Positions 49,601 through 60,584 of a stretch of DNA of 64,000 nt are shown one piece after another; position 1 is the stretch's first letter; each line of letters starts with the position of its first letter. This DNA is from Vicugna vicugna (taxonomy: Eukaryota). A program made the translations under genes and the position numbers. The notes below the pieces were generated by a model, which saw only the letters and a program-made list of their open reading frames with translations, ran no database searches and was not told the origin of the DNA. The stretch is taken from positions 620,001 to 684,000 of the forward strand of contig MU058287.1 of NCBI GenBank assembly GCA_013265495.1, written 5' to 3'.

Positions 49601-52600
49601 TTATAGATGGGGCCAAGCAGGGGCTTGTGGGCATTAAATGGGATAGCACCCTGAAGGCATGTTAGTGCCTGGATCCTAGCAAGCACTCTAGAAACACATT
49701 CAAAAATAGGCCAGTCAATAAAAATGTTATCAGAGTAGGGTTTTTAACTTTATAAGTATATAACTTTTACAGAATTGTTGTTCTACGAGTACAGCACATC
49801 TAGTTCCTTCCATTCAAAGATAAATCACCCACAGTTCCGACTTTAGGGAACTCCATGTCTAGTGAAAGAGACAGAATTATATATTGCTTGATGAAGATCA
49901 CGTGAAAAGTTTGACTTACAAACATCTATGTCAAGAGAACCGGGTATGAGTCATGGCTCTATTATTCAGTAGTGTTTTATGGTCGGCAAGAGAATTAATC
50001 TCTCATTTTCTTAGCTGTAAAATGGGAACCTGCGGCTACCTTGCTGAATTGTTTTGAGGATTCAAGATAATGTAAGTTAAGAACCTAAGACAGTGACTGG
50101 GACTTTAATAAAAATATGAACTAGTGAGAGCTATGATTATTATCTTTATAATCACCCATGTGATAAGCACTTTAATAGATGTATAATTTATGTAGAGCCA
50201 CTGTAGAGAGACAAAGAACCAGGAGCCTTTAATCATTAAGATTTCAGTAGATGAAGAAGGAGAGAAGGGCATTCCAGAGAAAGGAAATTCCATAAACAAA
50301 ATAAGGATAACGTCTTTGGAGGATGATTTAGTACAGATGTATAGTGTAGGATACAGGAACGGCATACAGTCTGGCTGGCATAGATGTCCCCTGGGGTTTT
50401 TTTGTGGGTTCACTTGTTAAGTGAATTTCAAGTCAGCTCTGATAAAGGTTAAATGTTAAACTTTTTAATGAGCTAGTCACCATATCATTGATTTTAATTC
50501 TTCATACCATTTCTGTCCGTCTTAAACGTTTAGAATGGAGAGTACCTTGTATTAAGAATACCTTTCATGTCTATTGGTTTAATTTGCACAAACTCAGTCT
50601 ATATCCAGAGGAAGTTTTTATCTTACGATTAACAAGAAATTAATAACGTGAACAAGACCAAGAACAAAATTATAATGAGTTATTAGGACACTGAACTCTT
50701 GTGTACAAATAGGTACTGATCTCAAATGAGCCTGGCTTTTCTTAAAGGTAGATGGGAAGGGCCTATATGTCTTGAGATAACTTTATATATATTGTAAATT
50801 TATTTGAGATCACAGAAACAATAGTTCCCCTAAAATACTGTACAGTGTAGATCGATCATCTCCTTATTTGGTATGAACCCTTGAGCTGTAGCCTTTTTTA
50901 GGGTATAGGCTAAGCTGTTCTAGTAAAGACCAAAAAGTGCAGTGGTCCAAACAGACCCTGCCATGTGGTTATTGCTCTTTCGCATCACAGTCCAGAGGTA
51001 GGTGGGCTGTCCAGTGTGGGTGGGGAGCACAGCTCCTGACAGCCAGACAGGCACCCAGGTCCCTTCCATCTTGTTGCTCTTCCATCTCCGTGAACCTTCT
51101 CTTCTGCATGATGGGCTGGCTCACGGGACCATGTCTAAGTTCTAGCCTGTGGAAGAAGGAAAGGGAGAGAAGGGAAATACACACCCAGTCATTTTAAGGG
51201 GGAAAAACAGACGTTAAACAAACACCATTTCTGCTCACATCCTGTTGCAAGATCTCAGTCATGTGGCCCTATCTTGCCGCTAGGGAGGCTGAAATCTACA
51301 GCTGGGTGTTTAGCTAAAACTCAGGAAGTTCTTTTCCTAAAAGGAAGAAGGGAGGAGGGGGGTCAGGGGTGGTTAGCAGTCTCAGCCTCTCTCTCATCTC
51401 CAAACTAATGGAAGGGAGACTTACTTTGCAGGCTTAAAACGTGAAAAAAAAATACAGCTCTGTTTGTTGTCTTATTTTGAGTCTCCACTAGGGGGCCTTG
51501 TTTGTAACCTGCAGTGTGTCTGTTCTGCCATCCTAGGAGGCTTAGCCAGAGGCCCACAACTGAAGAATTAGAGCAGAGAAATATCCTGAAGCGTGAGTAT
51601 CCTGTCCCACAGAGTGAATTCCTTAATTAACCACCGACAAGCTCCCTCTAGAGACAATCCATTCATCAGCAGGGAACCTTAACATGTTTATTTTTTCACA
51701 AATGTTCGAAATGGCCCATTTACATCACATTTTTATATAATTGTTTATATAATTTTAGAAATAATTTCTTGAAGTTTGTATTTCATTTTATGGCTTTGAA
51801 CCTGACATCCCCCAGACCAGAGTCGTGGTTGTGACAGTTGTTTTTAAGAAAGATGAAATATATTCCATGTATTCTTTCACCCCAATATTAAGTAGAAGAA
51901 AATGCTCCAGTCTGCCTGCAAGTAAATGTCAAAGGAAAGGCCAAAGACTCCACAAGGAAATAAATCAAACATCCCTATATTATTTTTAATAATATAGTTT
52001 GTTGCCAGGTTTAACAAATGACTCAATTTAAAACAGAATTATGGTAAAAGGAATTTTTCAATCCATTTCATTTTCCTTTGTTATGATAACTGTTTCCCTC
52101 TTGAGTTATTTATAATTTCTCAGCACTTAAGGAGTTCTCCATTCATTTTCCTACTTCATTTTCCCATTCTCTTTCCTGCTCTATTTTCTTTGACTTTTCG
52201 TTTTACTCATCAGTCCAGTAGTATTTATGTTATTGGAGTCCGTATGTTGAAGCTATAAAACGAATAGAAGCAGTTTGCCATGCTGTAGCGGATCAATGTG
52301 GTTTACTAACCACAGTGAGTTAAGTAATGGACATTTTAAAATTGAGCCTTGCTATAGTTTTATATATTATTAACCCAGTTTCAAAAGAGCTTTTTATTGT
52401 ATGAAATATCAAAGAGTAAGGTTGGGCAGAACTCCAGAGAGTACTATAATAGTAATGAGCCGCTGGCATGCGGGAAATCTTTCTCAACCAGGCTTTTAAA
52501 GTCAAGTTGGCCTGTCTAGATGATCTCTATTCTCCAAGTGAGTTGTTTTCTTTCTTGAAGGAAAGAAATATTTTAGTAGCATATTTATGCTGCAGTTGAT

Positions 52601-55600
52601 ATTATTAAGACAACCTAACAATGAAGTCTGAAGAATGGAACTGTTCAGCCTATGGGGTTCTTTCCTTGGAAGTGTTTTATCTGGCTGTTTGTGAGCATAA
52701 CTGGAATGGAACCCAAGGAAGGATTTAAGTGACCATCATTGTGTAGAAGGGACAGTTTGGAGATGAAAAAAGTCACGTTTAGCTTTCCAAGGAAGAATGA
52801 AAGCAGTGTCTAATTTTGACAACAAAACCAAACCAAAAAGGCTCATGGTTTTTGATAATAGGTTCCTGGGAAATATTTGTTGAATTAAATTTTAGATAAA
52901 CTCAAAGTCAGTCCATAAGGCCCTGAAACACAGAGAGTGTATCTTACTAGATGCCTGATGCAATACCTAGGAAAAAAGAAAGAGCGAATTCTGGGTAGTT
53001 CTTTCCTGCTCCTGTGAGACAAATAGTGCCAAACCACACTGGTGTTTGGTTATTTGAGGAACTGTTTCATAGATCTAGAAATTTATCACACACTGATCTT
53101 AAGCGCTGTGTTGGCTTTTATTCTGCATTTTCCTGGAGGTTCGGGAAAGAGTGAAACGCCAAAGTCAACTTCAGATTTGACTCCAGCCCTTTTTTACTTC
53201 CTTCTTAGTTTGTCTAGGTGTGCTTATTCTGGAAACAAAAGACACGTTTCCAGTCTGGAGAGGCTGATAACTGGCTTATGATCTCCTGACATAATATTGT
53301 ATGGCCAAGGGAAGCAGAGAAGGGAACTGGTGGAGGTCATCCAGAACATTCTGCTGAGCAGTCCCTGGGAACTAAATGGCCATAGCTTACGACACTGTAG
53401 TCAGTCCCTGTTTGCCTCTGGGTTCTTCCAAATAGATTACTTTTGTCTGTCTGTTTGTTTTATCTCCAGCTTTTGTTCAAAGGCAATATGATTGTCTATT
53501 TGAAGAAAAGTCTATGTGTGACATGGTGTGACTTTTAAGGACACTTACTTTAACTAGGTCATCTTTTCTTGACAGATTAGGAAACTATTCACAACATAAA
53601 ATATTCAGTGGTTCTCAAATCCAAGCCCATCGCTAGTCTAATAAACATGAATCAAATGGCAGTCGATGCTGATAGCTTCAGTTGGAGACCATAGGACAAA
53701 CTATATTTTAGTATCATTCCCAGTATCATGCCTTACTTGATCTCTTTCCTAATTTTAGTGCATCTAGGTTTTTTTTTAAGTATATATTGTTATATTTTAG
53801 AACTAGTTTCTTAATTTTATTAAAATAGAAAGTAAGTTTTGGTGCTTGAAAGGTCAACTTTTGCTTATCAGGAAAAGAGATGTTCATGGAACACCTTTTA
53901 CAGCATAGGTGCAAAATATTCAGATCCTCTTACACTATTTAGTTATGACCATTATTCCAACTAAATCTTCCATAGAGAAGAAAATGTCTTAGGCCGTTGA
54001 GTTCTGCATGTATTTTTCCCCAATATTATATTATGAAATTTTTTTAAACATGCAGAAAAATTGAAATAATTTTAACAATGATACCCACATATCTGCATCT
54101 TACTTTATCACGTATCTGTCTGTCCATTGAGCCATCTTATTTTGGGGATGTATTTCAAAGTAGGTTTATAAATGTATTTTCACTTGCTAAAAACATGCAT
54201 ATAGAAACACATAAAACAGCAAAAAGTGAAACAAACCACAAAAAATGTTTAGCTTTTCTTAACCCATTTTTTCTGAGTTGATGGCTGAAGAATATAATAC
54301 TCCAGTTGCTTTCTTCTCCTTTTAGCTCATCCATGAAATGCTCTGGGCAGTACTTGGCAGGCAGGTTTCCTATAGTGCCCACCACTGTGAAACTGCATGT
54401 ATTGCTTGTGTGTTTATGGCAAATGCTTCCTGTGGCTGTTCTGAAATATCTGCCTCTCTCTGCTCTGATGAGTTTACTGAGGGCAAGATTTGTCAGTGAG
54501 CCACGTCACTTCCCTCATAACCCTCCAGCCTGTTTAAAGTGACCAGACACATTTATATCCTGCTTAATAAGTAGCCTCTAATAGGTTTTTTTAAAATAAG
54601 GAAACATTCCAAGAACTTGGTGAATTTTTTAAAACTAAGTTTAAGGTTTAACCTTGACTCTTTGTAGAAGAGTTTTCAACGACCATTTAATAAGATTCAG
54701 AGGAAGAGTCACATTGTCCTTCCTCCACACTTCACCCTCTTCCTCTAACTCCTTTAGAAGCACAATTTCAAATGTGGGAAATGTAAGGAATTCAGTTCCT
54801 GATGTTAGAAAAGAATTCCCAAATGGTAAATCCTGTGTATGTAACTAACTACAGTTGGCCCTTCCTTTTTTAAATGTCACTGGCTGACACCTAGATGTAC
54901 AATGTGCTTAATAAGGCTAAAGTATCTAAATCTATTTTCAAGGAAATGGCATTTTGTGCATTTCATGAAAATTGGAGAGTTTGTTAGCTTTGAGTCATAT
55001 TAGATATCCAATACTTTGTCTTTGAAAAGTACCTTTAAAAATGTAGCATAATCGGAGAGGGTATAGCTCAGTGGTAGAGTGCCTGCTTAGCATGCATGAA
55101 GTTGTGGGTTCAATCCCCAGTACCTCCATTAAGAAATAAACAAACCTAATTACCCCCCCAAAAATAAAATAAAAATAAAAAATAGAAAAACATCACTCAA
55201 AAAATATACCATAATCATTGTATAGGAAGAATTGACTGAAATGTTTTAATGACTATATTTTTCTTTTTATGAATATCATCAAAGGCTTGACATTGTAAAA
55301 ACCTAATTTGAATCACATGAACCACAAGTTTGGTTTTTGTCTATTATGCATAATTTACAATCCACATGCTTTAATAACCCATTTAAAGTAACTATTTGAC
55401 CCTAAGGAAGTATTTTAAGGACATCAGAGGATGTGTATTTTGTGAAGCAATTAGAAAAGCCTACAATATTTTCACAGGAAGAAATCTGAATTACGATCAA
55501 ATTTTGCTTGACACTCATAGGCACTTAATGAAAGCATATTAATTAGTTGTTTCTTGTTTTGCAGGGTGATTTCAGTTTATGTTCACTCTTTGTCTAAGTA

Positions 55601-58600
55601 ACCAGACTGATCATCCTCTTTCTTATGAATTAAAATTAGTATTTCAGAAGACTGTCAAAACTTTTCTCTGTCCAGATAAGGAAAATTAATAGACAATTTA
55701 GCACGTACAGCTAGCAAATACAAATGTTGTGAATACTGAATACTGATACTTATTCACAATAAAAACAATCTATTGGTAAGAAGTCTATCTGAATTTTTAA
55801 ATAAATGTATATATTATAGAGGAGATATTTCTTTTTCAGCCTTTAAGTTGAGCCTTTACACAGTGTGATTTTCCTGCAGTAGAATTCATCACAGCACTTT
55901 CTAAAAGATAATCTTTCGTAAGCATTGGTATCCAAGAATCTGTGCTCACTTATTGAACAAATGATGAGCTTCAGGAAGCAACAGAGAGAAGTCTGTCAAA
56001 TAAGCAACCATTAAATCCTGAGTAGTGTTTATTTCTTTGAAAATTCTGGACATTTTTCTCTTAATCCCATCTGTTGGACAGCATTCATTTGAGTTGGCCA
56101 TTAGATTGTACTACTTGGTGAAGCACTTGAGAAAGGGAAGACTTTGGAAAGTTAGAGTCACAAGAAAATAAATCACCTCCATCAACAGTACACCATAACC
56201 CCATTCAGAACACTCTGGTTTGAAAGCAAAGTCCAAAGAAATGATTACATTCTGCTTCTATGGAAACCAAAGCAGACAAATCAAGTATTTTGGTTGGATT
56301 TGAAAGGAAGTCAGCAACTCAGACATGCATCAGATGGTTCTAATTTGTTCTTTTGATGTGATTCAGATTTTCACATGAAGGCCAGATCCAGTAGTAATTT
56401 TTTATCTGAATTCAAATAAATTGTGCTTATAAGCCTATGAGATGATCAGCAGTGAAAGGTTCTCACCAGAATATGGGCGCTCTGGTGGTTTTTTTCAGAA
56501 CAGAACAAGAAGTCGGGAAGCAAAAAGATTTACAATTAGTAAATAAACCAAGCCTATGAGGGAAAAGAAAATCTATGAATTAATGATTGATCTTTCTGCA
56601 GAATCTTTTGAAAACTTTTTAAAGATGTTAGTAGAGTGTTTGAACAATATCTGTTAAGTCAAATAATTGTGGCCAGATCTGCTTTTCTGATTTTATAATC
56701 ACTTACAGTAACTAAGTCTTCATGCCTTTCCTTCCTACCCCTCAATTAATAAACAGAAAAGAATGAAGAAGAAGAGCAAGAAGCAAAAATGGAACTTAAA
56801 CGCAGACTCAGCAGAAAGGTGATGAAACTATGACTGTTAATGAGCATGTGTATTTTGAGATATACTTCATTTTTTAAATGTATATCAGCTCTCTACGTGT
56901 AGATCTCATATTTAGGAATAATTATTCCTATTACTCTACTAACTAAACCTACACATTAAAATCAATGTAATCCTTACAGTATGAATTATGTTTATATTTA
57001 TAAATGCATAATATGCTGATTTTGAAAAGTTAACCATCAAAAGTCTCAAATTGCATTTGCTGATTATGAAAATAACATGCAATCTGTGTGAGGATTGTTA
57101 ATGCCAAAAGAAAAATGAAGACTAGAAAATCACGCAAACATCTCCCATTCAGATCTTTATTGACATTTCAGTGTATAATTTTAAAAAATGCTCACCCTTG
57201 CCATGTAGTCTTGGAACTATTAAATAAATAGTCGGTTATTACTGAAGATTCTGAGCTGGGTGAGTAATTTATTAAGTGAACTTGATCACCCAGCTTGCCT
57301 GCTGCAGCGCTACCCAAACTGACAAATGTCTCACCACCAGAACTCGACAGTTGTTTCCACGCATTTGTGAAAATATAAATCTGATACCAGAGGCTTTGCT
57401 TTTTTCTGTAATTGTTAAAATAATGATATTCTTTGGAAAAATTTGGCACTATCCAAGTTTATATTTCATTATGAACAACTTGTTCAGTAATTCTTCAGAT
57501 ACACCTTTCACACTCGGATGAGACAGGATGAGTAAAATGTGATCACTGCAGTGAAGTGTGTGCCCTGACCCACATTTATCTGGGCTGGAGTTCACAGCGA
57601 AAGCATTCTAAGGCAGGTAGAAGAAACACTACATTTCCGTGGAAAGGTTGGAGACTGTATTTTGAAAGATTTTGGTTTTGATTTTTAGGGAAAAAGATCC
57701 TTAATTCATCTCCTTTTTCCTCAAAGATCCTAAGTGTCAAACGGTAATCAAGCTGAAAAAGACTCTGTAAACTGAATTTATAGAGATAACTCTTCTAGCC
57801 ATTCAGTGGCCGTTAAGTCACCAGCTACAGCTAAGCAATAGCCCCTCCTCCCTGCTCCAGGCTCACCCCTGTCATACATGCAGTCTCTTCTCAGTCCAGT
57901 TGAGCCCTTCCACGAGGCAATAGAACTGCCTGATCCCCACTTGCCTCCACCTTACTTGTCATAGGTGCAGAACATCCCATAGCACTAATTGTACCCCGAG
58001 ACTGGTGCGGCCCTGAGGGGCAAGACGGGATTAAAAATTTCTGACCTGTGTGGCCACTGGTCACTTGCCTTTTGGGCAGTCCCCAGAAGCAAGGGTTTCT
58101 CTACCTCCTTAACCCTACCTGGCCTGGAGAGGCAGTAGGAAGCAAGCAGTATAGATAGGACAGTAACTGAGACTACAGAAGAACCAATTCGACGATTCCC
58201 TTCTGTGTCCATCACCTACCAGGGCTTCATGAACATCGAAGGGTCTGCAGTATATTCCAGGTCAGGTGTGCCTAAGGGGTAGACCCAGGTCTTCCTAGAA
58301 TCCTTGAATGCCTTGAATGTTAGAGCACTGACAGTTCACTCTCTGATTTTACTCTAGAAGAAACTGAGGAAAGGAGATGTTTCTGATCACAAAAACATCA
58401 AAAAAATTTTTTTTTGCAGACGTGCTTAATTTTTCCAAAAATTGAGCCCGTGCAAATAAGGAATGCCTCCAAAGAGGACCACTTAGACCATGGATAATCT
58501 GGCTGTATACAGAGTATATATGTGGAGAGAAAAGATACTGAAAATGGACCCAATGGGTAGAACATAGACCTGTGTCTACCTTTCTGACAATTCTATGACA

Positions 58601-59606
58601 CCTCCCTACTGCGAAAGGTCACAGAAGCGTGACCCTCCATGGTGGAGAGCAGATGATGCCTGTCAACCAGGGGCCAGGTTTCTTAGTCTCTCGGAACCAT
58701 TATGTCTTATTCTTGGGCTTGAGAAAGAACCCAGAGAGGAAAGCAAATACAGGGAAGAGTAGGTAAATATAACTCAAAATTTGAATTTGACAAAAATTTT
58801 AGAAGGAATCCAAGTTATCAGGAGTATCTTAAAGGTTGCAGCTGGTTTTAAGCAGTTGTGGCCTCACTACAGTACAGTTTTCCAACAGGCACCCCCTCAT
58901 GCCTGCACAAAGGCTTTTCTGGCCAAAGGTAAATGTCAAATCTGGGCCTGAGTCCTTAGTCCCTCACGGAAGACTGCCATAGGCACACCCTTCACTGGAG
59001 CGCTTCTTTGTCGTAATGTTGTGCATTTCTGAATGTATAGGCTGCATATAGTAGGAACGGAGATTTTTATTTTCGTTTTACAAGCTGTGGGGCTTTTGTC
59101 TTGATAATTCAGCCTGCAAAGCAGCCGTCCTGTATCTGGGTTACAGTTGTGTCTATGCTGTTTCCTGTTCCCCGTGTCAGAGATGACAGGCGCCTTTATC
59201 ACAGTGTCAGGCAAGGTGGGGAAAATAGCATAATGCAGGTGGTTGCCAAAGACTCTGACCTAGCTAACAATGGTGATTTTTATAGTCTCAAAATTAGGGC
59301 ACGCTGCTTTCTAGTTCTCATTAGAAACTCCCAAGATGCTTTTTTTTTTTTTGTTATCTGAAAGTGACCTTATTTAACCATAACTTTGAAGATCTCTATA
59401 GAAAATGTGACACCATGAGGTTGTGAATGGTTTACTGAACTCATCCTTTTTTCCCTGTCGTCCTATAGCTCAGCCTGAGACCCACAGTGGCAGAGCTGCA
59501 AGCTCGAAGGATCCTGCGGTTTAATGAGTATGTAGAAGTCACTGATTCGCCCGACTACGATCGCCGGGCAGACAAGCCCTGGGCCAGGTTAACGCCTGCG
59601 GACAAG
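25522..59606 (+). CDS. PHACTR2: Phosphatase and actin regulator 2, partial spliced CDS (9 internal exons: 25522-25602, 30316-30474, 36017-36256, 39943-40477, 47031-47233, 48493-48649, 51537-51592, 56757-56818, 59469-59606); gene extends past both window edges
   Basis: Exons join with consistent phases (1-1, 1-1, 1-1, 1-2, 2-1, 1-2, 2-1, 1-0, 0-0) and no stops. Translation has four RPEL motifs and the Phactr PP1-binding sequence [10 protein letters not shown]...YDRRADKPW. Linker sequences ([35 protein letters not shown]) are those I recognise from PHACTR2 rather than PHACTR1/3/4. Confidence 0.97.
30316..30474 (+). CDS. PHACTR2: PHACTR2 exon (159 nt), (D)[12 protein letters not shown]...EEKAEDKK
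   Basis: Acceptor ccccatttttag|ATGG, donor AAAG|gtaaaa; lies inside ORF 30294..30617. Confidence 0.95.
36017..36256 (+). CDS. PHACTR2: PHACTR2 exon (240 nt), Pro/Lys-rich region (E)[12 protein letters not shown]...SRNAPREA
   Basis: Acceptor ctcatttgtag|AGATC, donor GCTG|gtgagt; lies inside ORF 35851..36468. Confidence 0.95.
39517..39819. repeat. Copy B of the unclassified ~310 bp dispersed direct repeat
   Basis: Aligns by eye end-to-end with 20285-20599 in the same orientation. Confidence 0.85.
39943..40477 (+). CDS. PHACTR2: PHACTR2 exon (535 nt), Ser/Thr/Pro-rich linker (A)[10 protein letters not shown]...SRENAK(C)
   Basis: Acceptor ctctgctttag|CTGG, donor AAATG|gtgagt; same frame as ORF 40062..40481. 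Confidence 0.94.
40990..41280 (+). mobile_element. L2 LINE fragments
   Basis: cagttcaagtgttatctcttctgtgaagccttt; tgtcttatttacctctatatccccagca; ccagaaacctggaactcatcct. Confidence 0.55.
41575..41775 (-). mobile_element. MIR SINE
   Basis: tagataagaaaactgatgcc...tttatccaagatccccagttagtaagtggcagagccagaa. Confidence 0.75.
42812..44472 (-). mobile_element. Young 5'-truncated L1 (C-terminal part of ORF2 + 3'UTR), antisense, 16-bp TSD
   Basis: ORFs 43899..44495 and 43113..43790 are L1 ORF2 ([47 protein letters not shown]) in one frame split by one TAG; TSD aatagcat(a)taattct 42796-42811 / aatagcatacaattct 44473-44488. Confidence 0.97.
45208..45785 (+). mobile_element. L1MB-type 3' end
   Basis: tttggaaacagtatggtggttcctcaaaaaattaaac...ccatatgatccagcaatcccact...gatggatggtggtgatggttgcac...atgccactgaactatacactt. 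Confidence 0.9.
47031..47233 (+). CDS. PHACTR2: PHACTR2 exon (203 nt), acidic tract FTTKDELG...[17 protein letters not shown]
   Basis: Acceptor cctctcacag|TTTC, donor GAAA|gtaagg; lies inside ORF 46885..47256. Confidence 0.95.
48493..48649 (+). CDS. PHACTR2: PHACTR2 exon (157 nt), RPEL2 (S)[31 protein letters not shown]...GTKLV(R)
   Basis: Acceptor gatcttcag|GTGC, donor GTCAG|gtagtt; lies inside ORF 48441..48653. Confidence 0.96.
48864..49089. mobile_element. MER58A-like non-autonomous hAT-Charlie DNA transposon
   Basis: actttttctataaagg...aatattttagactttg...gctactcagct...aaaacagccataaacaa...gcatggctgtgtgccaa...tttggccgatgggccagaatttgcc. Confidence 0.8.
50898..51388. mobile_element. Old MaLR solo LTR (MLT1I/J-like)
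   Basis: taggctaagctg...acccaggtcccttccatcttgttgctct...ttctgctcacatcctgttg...cagtcatgtggcc...agggaggctg. Confidence 0.65.
51485..51496 (+). promoter_or_regulatory. Candidate CTCF binding site
   Basis: CCACTAGGGGGC matches the CTCF core CCASYAGRKGGC at all 12 positions; occupancy unknown. Confidence 0.55.
51537..51592 (+). CDS. PHACTR2: PHACTR2 exon (56 nt), RPEL3 core [18 protein letters not shown]
   Basis: Acceptor ccatcctag|GAGG, donor GAAGC|gtgagt; manual translation. Confidence 0.95.
55054..55199 (+). mobile_element. tRNA-Ala-derived camelid SINE (Vic-1-like)
   Basis: gggtatagctcagtggtagagtgcctgcttagcatgcatga...gggttcaatccccagtacctcca, tail aaacctaattacc, A-rich end; TSD aaaaatgtagcataatc 55037-55053 / aaaaatataccataatc 55200-55216. 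Confidence 0.92.
56757..56818 (+). CDS. PHACTR2: PHACTR2 exon (62 nt), (Q)[20 protein letters not shown]
   Basis: Acceptor aataaacag|AAAAG, donor AAAG|gtgatg; manual translation fits the spacer between RPEL3 and RPEL4. Confidence 0.94.
59469..59606 (+). CDS. PHACTR2: PHACTR2 exon (138 nt), RPEL4 core and start of PP1-binding domain [46 protein letters not shown]
   Basis: Acceptor tcctatag|CTC; family similarity ends at GACAAG|gcaagg, read as a GC donor. Confidence 0.94.
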
Positions 59607-59975
59607 GCAAGGACATCAGGGGCTTGAGCCATGATTTTATTTATTTATGATTTTATTGCTTTTCTAAAAGCTCCATTACCTACTTAGTCATCCTAGGAAA
59701 CTAGGTATTACCGAATATCTCAACAATTTTCTGCCTTTGATTATTTAAGCCACTTAAGCCACTTTAGTGATATATTTAGTAGTATCAACATAGTTCTTTC
59801 ATCTGTCTCAGAAAAAACTGGTTCTTAGTTATTATGTAATCTGCCTGCGTTCAAACCTGGATTGGAGGGAGATGCTGTCCCTCAACCATGATTTATCCTT
59901 ACTTTTAGAAAATATAACTTATGTAAGTTATCCTTTTAAGGGATTTATTAACAGTGGAAAAGGTATTGATCTGTA

Positions 59976-60194
59976 TCAAGTCTGGCACACTTTTTCTATT
60001 AACTGCCAAAGAGTAAATATTTCAGTCTTTGTGGGCCATCCAGTCTTTGCTGCAATGCTCAGCTCTGCTTTGTGGCATGAATGCAGCCAGATGATATGTG
60101 AGTGAATGGATGTACATGTGGTCCAATAAAACTTTATTTATAAAAACAGATGGTGAGCCACATTTGGCCTATGGGCCATGGTTTTCCAAACCCT
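59976..60194. mobile_element. MER58A-like DNA transposon, second copy
   Basis: actttttcta...agtaaatatttcagtctttgtgggccat...tccaataaaactttatttataaaaacag...tttggcctatgggccatggttttccaaaccct. Confidence 0.82.
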
Positions 60195-60584
60195 AATCTA
60201 TATCACGGCTCACAGTTCAGAATAACTGAAATATATACAGGGTTCCATCATGAAGAAAGACTATTTTATGAGAACCATGGTTACATAGTTAAATAATTTT
60301 GCCAACTAATTTTTAAGAAATTCTTCACTTTATAGTTTTACTAATATCCCAAATAATGGTTTCTATTTTTTGTCTCTAAGCAAAATTTGGTATTGAATAA
60401 ATTCATCCCACACCCAGTTATGTTCAGCATTTTAGTTGTTTTTTCATAGGAAGGCTAGACAAGTCACCTGGTGTATTATTTTGCAAGAGGTAGTACACAC
60501 CTTTGAACAAGTTTTCTTCCATTCTCTCCTTTTACTTGTGGGCTTTTGGTCACTCACCTCTCATTTAGTGACTCCTTGTTGACC

